From a bacterium (lineage in GTDB: Bacteria > Patescibacteriota > Minisyncoccia > UBA6257 > HR35), in the NCBI GenBank assembly GCA_041640295.1, contig JBEQAR010000004.1, positions 3,128 through 67,127 of the forward strand: DNA of 64,000 nucleotides. The letters run 5' to 3'. Position numbers and translations under genes: made by a program. Shown here piece by piece: positions 53,408 through 62,500 of this stretch (within the stretch, counting starts at the first letter, position 1; every line of letters begins with the position of its first letter). A model generated the notes under the pieces. The model had not been told where the DNA came from and ran no database searches. It was given only the letters and a program-made list of their open reading frames with translations.

Positions 53408-53920
53408 TTATCTACAAACAACAGGCCAGTTAAATGTTTTAAGATTAGCTAATTTATTTCTTACAACCCCTTGAGAATTAATAGAAGTTTTAACAAAAGT
53501 TGTTCCTCCAATAGTGGTGGCATTATTAGTAGTAGCTAATCTTAAATTTAAGTAGCCACTTAAACCACTACCACTAAACACTCTTGATAAATGACAAAAT
53601 TTTGAAGTTCTGTTTAATTGATTTCTACCTTGGTATTGATCAAAACCACAAACACTAGTTCTATCAGAACTATAACAACTACCATCAGTACCTCTTGAAG
53701 TAGTATTAGCTAATAAATCAAAACCATTAAAAGTTATAGTTAAATATGCTATTTCTAAACCACTATTAGCAATATTTATTGCTTGATAATAATCTGTAGT
53801 TTCCCTAATAGATGTTAATAATTTAGTAATAGGAAGAAAAGAAATATATACTACTACTAACATAATAATAAGAGAAATAGTAGTTATGATAATAATTTGA
53901 CCCTTATTTTTTTTATACAT
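53408..53920 (-). CDS. Minor pilin-like protein (PilX-like)
   Basis: KG|QIIII hydrophobic helix, A..IANSGLE motif. Confidence 0.65.
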   Translation of the reverse strand: MYKKNKGQIIIITTISLIIMLVVVYISFLPITKLLTSIRETTDYYQAINIANSGLEIAYLTITFNGFDLLANTTSRGTDGSCYSSDRTSVCGFDQYQGRNQLNRTSKFCHLSRVFSGSGLSGYLNLRLATTNNATTIGGTTFVKTSINSQGVVRNKLANLKTFNWPVVCR

Positions 53921-53921
53921 T

Positions 53922-54503
53922 TTATTGAAAATAACAATCAGGAATACCGGTAAAACTATTAAATGGTTGAACTGTTAATTGAAGATTAAAGGGTATATGT
54001 AAGCCCTTAGTTAATAAACTATTAGCTTCTATAGATAACGTAACAGCTTTAGTTGAACTTATACGATAGTGTGGTTGACCAAATATATTTATGGTAGGAG
54101 TAGCAGGATTAAGTATTCCCCAAAGATTGATATTGAAATTTTTTATATCAATTAAATCCAAATCAGTTAAAGTAATTGTTGTGTTATCTTTTATTAACGC
54201 TAAATAACCAATATTTTCGGGTGAAGAAGCAAAAACTATTGTTTTAGTTGCACAATCTTGAGTGCTAATAAACATAATTCCTTGAGTAGTGGTTGATATA
54301 TTTTCACTGAATTTTAATTCATAATAAATTCTATCTAAGGCAGTTTTTAAATTTTGTAAAGCTAATAATTGATTATTAGTAATTAGATGAGTATTAACAA
54401 TTCCTAAATAAGAACTAATAATTGTTCCTAAGACAATTAAAAAGATAAATAAACCAAGTAATACTTCCTCTATAGTAAACGATTGGTTTATTTTTTTAAA
54501 CAT
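53922..54503 (-). CDS. Minor type IV pilin (PilW-like)
   Basis: QS|FTIEEVLL, ALDRIYYELK. Confidence 0.7.
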   Translation of the reverse strand: MFKKINQSFTIEEVLLGLFIFLIVLGTIISSYLGIVNTHLITNNQLLALQNLKTALDRIYYELKFSENISTTTQGIMFISTQDCATKTIVFASSPENIGYLALIKDNTTITLTDLDLIDIKNFNINLWGILNPATPTINIFGQPHYRISSTKAVTLSIEANSLLTKGLHIPFNLQLTVQPFNSFTGIPDCYFQ

Positions 54504-54533
54504 ATTTAATTTAAGATTAATGCAAACAAATTT

Positions 54534-55139
54534 TTACCGCTCTATTTTAGAAATATTATATATAATTCCTTTAATTTCTAAATTATTATTATCCCATTCT
54601 ATTTTACTAGTTACTATTACCGAGGTAGCATTTTCTATGTAGCTATTAGATTCAATAGTGATTAATCTTTTAAATTTAGTAGAAGTACCCGAAGGATTGA
54701 TAGAAAAAAATCCTTGACTATTTAAATATAGAGTTTGAGGTTCATCGCAAGATGAAGTAGCAAGATTGTAATCTAAGCAAAGTTTCGTTGTAGTAACGCC
54801 ATTTCCCCAACCACCCAACCAAGTAGAACTAGTGTATTCTTCACAATATGGATATTCTAAGTTACCACCCAAAATTTCTACAGAATTTCTACAACTATTA
54901 ATTGCATAATAATAATTTCGATAAGCCCTTACCAATTCTATACCTTCTAATGCTAAAAAATTAGCAATTATTCTATTATTTGCTGATTTTAGATTAATAA
55001 GATAGTTATAAACCAAAGTATAAAAACCTACAAAAGCAATTAAAAATACTAAAATAGCTAACAATGATTCTATAAGTAATTGTCCTCTATTTAGAAATAA
55101 TTTTTCCTGTTTTGAAAATAGTTGTTGTTGATCTTTCAT
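54534..55139 (-). CDS. Minor type IV pilin (PilV-like)
   Basis: RG|QLLIESLLA, ANFLALEGIELVR, FKRLITI..VTSKIEW. Confidence 0.72.
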   Translation of the reverse strand: MKDQQQLFSKQEKLFLNRGQLLIESLLAILVFLIAFVGFYTLVYNYLINLKSANNRIIANFLALEGIELVRAYRNYYYAINSCRNSVEILGGNLEYPYCEEYTSSTWLGGWGNGVTTTKLCLDYNLATSSCDEPQTLYLNSQGFFSINPSGTSTKFKRLITIESNSYIENATSVIVTSKIEWDNNNLEIKGIIYNISKIER

Positions 55140-55740
55140 TATTTTTGATAAAAATTATATGAAAACTATCATCAAAGTTTAATTTATAACTATTAGAGCT
55201 AGTACTATAGAAACCTATTGGTTCACCCAATGGATTAATAAAAACTATAGAAGCAGTAGCAAAGTCAATTAAAGTATTAGTAGCTAATTTAATGTCTTCT
55301 ACCAGTTCTAAGTTTCTTATTAAAGCTTCAGATGATGAATTAGTAAAATTACCAGTTTTCGAGATGTAGATATTAGGACTATTGATTGAAAAATCAAAAG
55401 AATTAGGAGAAGTTGAAGCAATTTCCAAACAATCAATTACTGTTGAGCTAGAAATAGTAGCATAAGCAATTAAATAATATTTCTTTTCTTGACTATTTAA
55501 AACAATACCAGTACCGCACAAAGTAGAAGTTGTTCCTGATAAGTTGAATTCATTCCCCTTAGTGCTTAAATCTAAAACATATTTCAAATCCTGATTAAAT
55601 AAGAAAATATTTTCTTGAAATTTTCTGTATGATTTAGTAATATTACTTAAAGAAAAAAAGCTTCCCAAAATTACTGTAGTAATTAACAACACTGCGGTTG
55701 ATTCTAAAATAGTAAAAGCTAAATTTGTTTTATTTTTCAT
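55087..55740 (-). CDS. Minor type IV pilin (FimT/FimU-like)
   Basis: LA|FTILESTAVLLI; first gene of four-pilin operon. Confidence 0.7.
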   Translation of the reverse strand: MKNKTNLAFTILESTAVLLITTVILGSFFSLSNITKSYRKFQENIFLFNQDLKYVLDLSTKGNEFNLSGTTSTLCGTGIVLNSQEKKYYLIAYATISSSTVIDCLEIASTSPNSFDFSINSPNIYISKTGNFTNSSSEALIRNLELVEDIKLATNTLIDFATASIVFINPLGEPIGFYSTSSNSYKLNFDDSFHIIFIKNNERSTTTIFKTGKIISK

Positions 55741-55848
55741 TATTTTATATTATAACACAAAACAATAATTATTAGTCTATCTTTAATATCAATTAATTAC
55801 TGGTTAAAATTTGTTAAAATTATTCAATTTAACTAAAATTTTTATATT

Positions 55849-56733
55849 ATGGTCTATTTATTAATAGGAGGGGATAACTATTTTATAAAAGAAAAAATAA
55901 AAGAAATAGCGGGTGATAATTATTATTCATTTTCTTTAAAAAAAGATAAAGATTATTTATTACAAATAGAAAGCTTGATTAACCAAAAACTTTTCTCCTT
56001 CCCACCATTTATTGTTTTATTTGATTTAGATAAAATAGAATTTAAAGATGAGATATTTTCAAAAATCAGTAAAGGAAATTTCATTTTAATTTTTAAAACC
56101 AAACCCCAAATTTTAATCAAAAAGTTTATTAAATTAGGTATCCCCTATCAAGAAATTAAAGTAGAAAACTTAAATTTTAGAAATGAACGAGATTTTAAAT
56201 TATTTTTAATTAATTATTTAAAAAATAAAAATATTTATTTATCAGAAAAAGTTATAAATGTTTTAGCAAAAATTTTCTTAGCTAATCCTGAGATACTTTT
56301 GAACGAATTAAAAAAAATAGAATTTGTTAAGTTAAATCAAGAAGAAATTTTAAGCTTAATCAAATGGCCAAATGATTCAATGATTTTTCAATTAGTAGAT
56401 GATTTACTTGATGATAAATATTCCGATTTTATTTTGAGACTAAAACGAGAATTAGGTTTTGGTAATTCTTTAAACAATATTCTTTCGTTAATTTATAAAA
56501 CTTTGATTCGAATTTATCTTTTGAAAAAAGCTTATAGTGTTAAGCAAGAAAATGCTTTAGGTTTAAATCCTTATTATAAAGAAATTTTAAAGAGAAAAGC
56601 ACAAAAAATTTCAGAAAAGAAAATTAATTATTTAATTAAAATAGTTAGCGAAATAGATAGAAAATATAAAAAATTTATTATTAATGAAAACGAAGCTGTT
56701 TATTATCTGGCAGAATTGCTCAACTCAAAATAA
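55849..56733 (+). CDS. holA: DNA polymerase III delta subunit-like protein
   Basis: N-terminal YLLIGGDNYF, LLNELKKI, IFQLVD, C-terminal EIDRKYK; highly divergent. Confidence 0.65.
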   Translation: MVYLLIGGDNYFIKEKIKEIAGDNYYSFSLKKDKDYLLQIESLINQKLFSFPPFIVLFDLDKIEFKDEIFSKISKGNFILIFKTKPQILIKKFIKLGIPYQEIKVENLNFRNERDFKLFLINYLKNKNIYLSEKVINVLAKIFLANPEILLNELKKIEFVKLNQEEILSLIKWPNDSMIFQLVDDLLDDKYSDFILRLKRELGFGNSLNNILSLIYKTLIRIYLLKKAYSVKQENALGLNPYYKEILKRKAQKISEKKINYLIKIVSEIDRKYKKFIINENEAVYYLAELLNSK

Positions 56734-56915
56734 TTCTTAAGACTACTTTCCAAATCATTAATTATTGTTTTCAATTCTTCAGTATTATTTTCTGGTAAAC
56801 TAGGCCTAACAAATAAATTCTTTAAATTGCTAAAATTTTTAACAAAAATGACAGTAAAAAAAGCAATAATGAAAATTATTATAACTAAATTAACGACTAA
56901 AGTTATTTTCTTCAT
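56703..56915 (-). CDS. Small hypothetical membrane protein
   Basis: TM helix; ATGA-coupled to upstream gene. Confidence 0.5.
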   Translation of the reverse strand: MKKITLVVNLVIIIFIIAFFTVIFVKNFSNLKNLFVRPSLPENNTEELKTIINDLESSLKNYFELSNSAR

Positions 56916-57382
56916 TTTAATTCAATTTCAAATTTTAATTGATTATTTTCTAACTTACCCGTTAATTGATTAATTTCTATTTTTTTATTTTTTAAAAAAT
57001 TAATCAATTTTAAAAAATTATTTAAATCCGCCTTATCATTTAAAATGATTTTTGAGTCAGATAGAGAAATATCTATTTGATTACTTGAAGCAAAGGATAA
57101 AATCTCTTGATTAATTGCTGATTGATCTTTATTTAATTCTTCTTTAAGGTTTTCAAAATTAAAATTATATTTTTTTTCTAATTGACTAATTGTTGATCGA
57201 ATTTTAATTGTTTCTTTTTCTTTTTCCAATCTAGTTTCTTTTTCAATAATTAAATTATTAATTTCTTGAACTGAACTAAATATTTTTTTTGTTAAATAAT
57301 CAGTCAAAAAATAAATTGTTGTCAGAATAATAACAAAAATTGCGATAAGGATTATTAATCTTTTAACAAGATTTTGGACCAT
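56912..57382 (-). CDS. Hypothetical membrane-anchored coiled-coil protein (PilO/GspM-like layout)
   Basis: TM + coiled coil + short beta domain. Confidence 0.55.
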   Translation of the reverse strand: MVQNLVKRLIILIAIFVIILTTIYFLTDYLTKKIFSSVQEINNLIIEKETRLEKEKETIKIRSTISQLEKKYNFNFENLKEELNKDQSAINQEILSFASSNQIDISLSDSKIILNDKADLNNFLKLINFLKNKKIEINQLTGKLENNQLKFEIELK

Positions 57383-57389
57383 TTAAAAA

Positions 57390-59297
57390 TTATAAGTTAT
57401 TTCTTTCTTCTTCCAAAAAGATGATCAATTCTTCTTTATTTATTTCTTTTTCCCTTTGAGCGAATTCTTCTAAGGGGGTTTTAATTAACTCTTTGATAAT
57501 TGGCTGGGGTTTAAGATTATATTTTTTATTAAATTGAAGTTGATAATTTCTCCTTCTTTCTGTTTCTTCAATTGCTTCTTTCATTGATTTTGTTATTTTA
57601 TTTGCATAGAGAATTACTTTTCCATTGATATTTCTTGAAGCTCGCCCGATAGCTTGAATTAAAGTAGTAGTATTTCTTAAAAATCCTTCTTTATCGGCAT
57701 CTAAAATACAAACCAAAGAAACTTCTGGTAGATCTAAACCTTCTCTTAATAAATTAACGCCAATCAAAATATCTATTTCCCCTTTTCTTAATTTTCTTAT
57801 AATTTCAGGTCTTTTTAAGGTTTTAATATCAGAATGGATATATTCAACCCTTAATTCATAATTTGCTAAAAATTCTGTTAAATTTTCAGCTGATTTTTTA
57901 GTTGCAGTTAAGATAAGAACTCTTTCTTTATTTTTTAATCTTACTTCGATTTCTCTTAATAAATCTATAATCTGGTTATCAGAAGGCCTGACTTCAACAA
58001 TCGGATCAGCAATAAATGTTGGTCGAATAAGTTGTTCTACTATTTGTTGAGAATGTTTTTTTTCAAAAGGCCCTGGTGTAGCTGAAACAAAAATTATCTG
58101 AAAATTTTTAGCAAAAAATTCATCAAAAGTTAACGGTCGATGATCAATTGCCGAAGGTAATCGCCAACCATATTCAACCAAAACTTCTTTTCTTTTTCGA
58201 TCACCGCGTGCCATTGCTTTAATTTGGGGAATAGTCAGATGAGATTCGTCAATAAAAATAATAGTTTCTGGAGGTAGATAATCCAAGATAGTATAAGGTG
58301 GTTCACCTGGTTGTTTGAAATTTAAATGTCTTTCATAGTTTTCAATTCCTTGACAATAACCTTTTGTTTTTAACATTTCAATATCAATCAATGTTCGTCT
58401 TTTTAATCTTTCGGCTTCAATTATTTTTCCTTCTTTTAACAATTGCCAATATCTTTCATCTAATTCTTGTTTAATATTACTAATTGCTATTTCTAATTTT
58501 TCTTTATCAGTTACAAATAATTTTGCTGGATAAATTTTAATTTTTTCTAAATCCATTTCAGAATCTCTTTTGATTATTAATCTCAAGCGATTATCAATTT
58601 TTTTTAAAATAGTCAATTTTTTAATTTCTTTAATAATATTACTCTCAACTTTAATAACAAAAAAATCATTAGCATTGGCGGAAACTATTTCTATTTGCTT
58701 TTCTTTTCTATTTAAAGAACTAATCTTAAATGTTCCTGCTTTAATTTCATCTTTTAATTTACCATATTGAAGAGTTTTTAGAGCAGAAATAAATTCTTTA
58801 ATATTTAAATGTTGATTTAATTTTACTTCTACGCCAACTCGTTGATATTCATCAGGATTTCCTATACCATAAAGACAGGAAACAGAAGAGACAACTATAA
58901 AATCTTGGTGATTTAAAATTGCCTGAATAGCTCCATGCCTTAATTGATCTAAGTATTCATTAATTCGGGCATCTTTAGCAATATAAGTATCAGTTTCTGG
59001 CAAATAAGCTTCAGGTTGGTAATAATCATAATAGCTAACAAAATAATGTATTTGATTAACAGGAAAAAAAGATTTAAATTCTTGATAAAGTTGAGCAGCC
59101 AACATTTTATTATGAGAAATAATAAAAGCAGGTCTTTTGGTTTTTTCAATAACCCAGGCTATGGTTGCTGTTTTACCACTTCCTGTCACCCCTAATAAGG
59201 TTTGATATCTATACCCCCTATTTAAACCATTAACCAACTTTTTAATTGCTTGTGGCTGATCTCCAGTAGGTTTTATATTTTGTGAAAAAATAAACAT
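57390..59297 (-). CDS. uvrB: Excinuclease ABC subunit B
   Basis: PTGDQPQAI, LGVTGSGKT, FVSYYDYYQPEAY, DESH, NLLREGLDLPEVSLV. Confidence 0.97.
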   Translation of the reverse strand: MFIFSQNIKPTGDQPQAIKKLVNGLNRGYRYQTLLGVTGSGKTATIAWVIEKTKRPAFIISHNKMLAAQLYQEFKSFFPVNQIHYFVSYYDYYQPEAYLPETDTYIAKDARINEYLDQLRHGAIQAILNHQDFIVVSSVSCLYGIGNPDEYQRVGVEVKLNQHLNIKEFISALKTLQYGKLKDEIKAGTFKISSLNRKEKQIEIVSANANDFFVIKVESNIIKEIKKLTILKKIDNRLRLIIKRDSEMDLEKIKIYPAKLFVTDKEKLEIAISNIKQELDERYWQLLKEGKIIEAERLKRRTLIDIEMLKTKGYCQGIENYERHLNFKQPGEPPYTILDYLPPETIIFIDESHLTIPQIKAMARGDRKRKEVLVEYGWRLPSAIDHRPLTFDEFFAKNFQIIFVSATPGPFEKKHSQQIVEQLIRPTFIADPIVEVRPSDNQIIDLLREIEVRLKNKERVLILTATKKSAENLTEFLANYELRVEYIHSDIKTLKRPEIIRKLRKGEIDILIGVNLLREGLDLPEVSLVCILDADKEGFLRNTTTLIQAIGRASRNINGKVILYANKITKSMKEAIEETERRRNYQLQFNKKYNLKPQPIIKELIKTPLEEFAQREKEINKEELIIFLEEERNNL

Positions 59298-59308
59298 TAT
59301 GATAAAAA

Positions 59309-59317
59309 TGTGGATAA
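59309..59317 (-). promoter_or_regulatory. Perfect DnaA box 11 nt upstream of uvrB start
   Basis: TGTGGATAA on plus strand = TTATCCACA on minus strand. Confidence 0.55.
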
Positions 59318-59389
59318 CTTAAATTAATTAATTACCCAATTGAAAAATTATATTAAAATCGTTATTTTTAATTAATTTTATCCATTAAA

Positions 59390-59426
59390 TTCTTTCTTTA
59401 TTTCTTTCTTATTTTCTTTCTTATTT
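59390..59426. repeat. Short imperfect tandem repeat (TTCTTTCTT core x3, 11-12 nt period) in the uvrB-protease intergenic region
   Basis: ttctttcttta tttctttctta ttttctttctta. Confidence 0.45.
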
Positions 59427-59527
59427 TTTTTGTAATTTATAATTTTACTATAACTATAATTAAATTATTTATTTAATTAATTATATAAAAATGGTCGATT
59501 ATTTTAAATTAAATTAATTTTTAAAAA

Positions 59528-62500
59528 ATGAAAAATCTAAAAAGAAAAACTTCAATATATTTTTTAATATTTTTGTTTGTTATTACCTCTTCACCTTTTA
59601 ATTTTTTGCTAAATAAAGACAATCCTAACAAAACTTATGCGCAATATAATAATACTGAAAGTATTATAAGAGATTTTATTAGATTAAATAATTTAGAAGT
59701 TATTCCTCCAGGACAAAAAGATCTTTTATTAACCGGTTTTCGTTTTGAAAATGTTCCAACAAATAGTAGCAGTACTATATATGTATCTTTAAGAAACTTA
59801 GGGGTTACAGGAGATCCAAATACCACTTATTTAGTTGATAGAAACATAATAAGATATAATCTTAATCAAACTGTTCAACAGAACGATGCTGTTGGTATAG
59901 AAGAACCACCATTAATTAATTACGAAGAATTAAAAGAGTTTGTTCTTTCTAATGAAAATATTGATAAACTAAAAATATCTGAAGGGATATGGAATGTTAG
60001 AAGTGAAGAAGATTTAGAAAATAATCAGACTGGCAATAGAGATATTAACTTAAATCAAAATCAACAATCATTAAATACAATTATAAGAGGGATTAGAAAT
60101 CTATCCAAAATTCAAGGAGAAGAAAATATTTCAAAAATAGCTGAAGATCTTTCTAATGATGGTGAAGCTCGAGTAATTATTAAATTAAACACAGGTATTC
60201 AAAGTGTTTATCCAACTATTCTACCTGCTATAAGAAAAACTAAATCACAACTTCAACAAGAATTTTCGGATAATAAAAATAGAGTTAGTAGAATAGCCTC
60301 AGAGGTAAAAAATATAATCAGGATTGGAGGAGGTGAGGTAAAGCTAGATGAAAGAAACTTCTATTTAACCGGTGGTTTAATAGTTGCCGAAGTTAACCAA
60401 AATACATTAAATAACTTAAATAATTCTAATAAAGTAGAAGCTATTTATCATGATTATAAAGTAAAAGTTTTTTTGGATGAATCGATATCACAAATAGGAG
60501 CTAATTTAGTTTGGAATCAAGGTGATAGGGAAAGCACGCCGCTAAGAGGTTTTGGAAAAAAAATAGCTATTATTGACACTGGCGTTGATTATACTCATCC
60601 ATTTTTAGGTGGTTGTTTTGGTTCTAATTGTAAAGTATATGGTGGTTGGGATTTTGCTAATAATGACGGTGATCCAATGGATGATCATTATCATGGTACA
60701 CATGTTGCTGGTATTGCTGCTGGTAAAGATCCAAATAATGTTTATAATGGTGTAGCGCCTGAGGCAAAAATATTAGCAGTTAAAGTTTTAAATGCCAATG
60801 GTTCTGGTTTTCATTCTAATGTTCTTGCGGGTATTAATTATGCTGTTGATCCAAATAGAGATGGAGACTTTTCTGATAGAGTTGATGTTATTAACCTAAG
60901 CTTAGGTGCAGATGTACCACCAGATCCTGAAACAGAAAGAGTAATTACTCAAGCGGTAGATAGAGGTGTTGTAGTTGTAGCTGCAGCTGGTAATTCAGGA
61001 CCATTAGGAAAGGTGGGTAGTCCTGCTAATTCGAGAGATGCTATTGCTGTTGCTGCTTCTTGTAAAACAATTGATATTGGTAATAATAATAGGTGTAGTA
61101 AACCAATTGCTAATTTTAGTTCGAGGGGTCCGATATATAATAATGGGGTAAATTATTTTAAACCAGATGTTGCTGCGCCTGGTGTAAGAATAATGTCATC
61201 ATTACCCGGAAATAGAATAAGAGCACTTAATGGAACATCTATGGCTTCACCGCATATTGCTGGCGTAGTGGCTATTTTAAGACAAGCCTTCCCTGATTTA
61301 ACTGCTAGAGAGATAAAAGAGATGGTTAAAAATTCCTCTCGTAATTTAGATAGTGATGGTAGATATGGTTTAACTTATGATGATCAAGGTAGCGGAGAGT
61401 TTGATTTTCGCCTAGCACCTGTTTTTGGTTTAGGTTTTTTAAGATTTGATCCACTTCCTTATATTCAGATTATTTCAGATCCTACCCAAAGATATACGAA
61501 TCGTGATTTCCAATTCAGAATTAGAGGATTAAACTATAGCGGATTGGTATTTGCTAGAGCTAGCTCAGTTCCAGGTGTTAATATTAATTTTCAAAATGAT
61601 AGATTTAATCTTAATAATAACCAAACTGTAAATTTTGATTTTTCCCTTAGGCTTGATAATGATTCATTACCCTTAAGCGATGATAAAATATTAACAGGTA
61701 TTCAATTTTTAGATGAAACTGGTCGAATTATTGGAATTATTCACTTAGAGATTAATTTAAGAAGGCAAATAGAAATTAACCCCGAAGTAATTGATTATGG
61801 TGTTTCTCCTGGATCTCTAAATAATTGGGCTTCGGAATGGATAACTCTAACTATCGTTAATAAAAGAAGAGATAGATCATTTACTTTTAATATAAACCCA
61901 CAACAACCTTCTGGAGTTTCTTTGGATTTCGGCCTCAGTAATACTAGCTTTAATCTTCCTCCAGGCGGATCTGTTAATTTAAATTCAAGGGCTTTAACTA
62001 ATTCAAATGCTCAAAGAGGCGAGCTTAATGGCAGATTATTATTTTTATCTACAGATGGCAGAAATGTTTCTATTCCAACTAAATTATTCAAAGGCTATGT
62101 TTTAGATATTACTACTTCAGATCAACCCGAACAAAGCTTAAACTCTTTGATGATTCATACAAAGCTGTCTAATTATAACAGTTTATTAATAGTAAGAAGC
62201 TTTAATCCTAATGAAAATATAAGAGTTTACCTACCTATAGATGGTCATTTTGATATAATTTTGAATAATTTTAAAGATTCATATTATTCTGGATTAGCAT
62301 TAGTCGATACTGAAAATGTCATTATACCTAAATCTATCTATATTAGTGGTGGCAATCCTATATACTCAATACACTTTAACAACAGAGAGGCAAATAGAAA
62401 AGTTACTTATAAATACTTCAATGAAAATAACGAAAGAATTCTTAGTTTTCTTCATCAAAATTTAATTTATTTTAAAACATGGCAACCGGAAAATAGGTAT

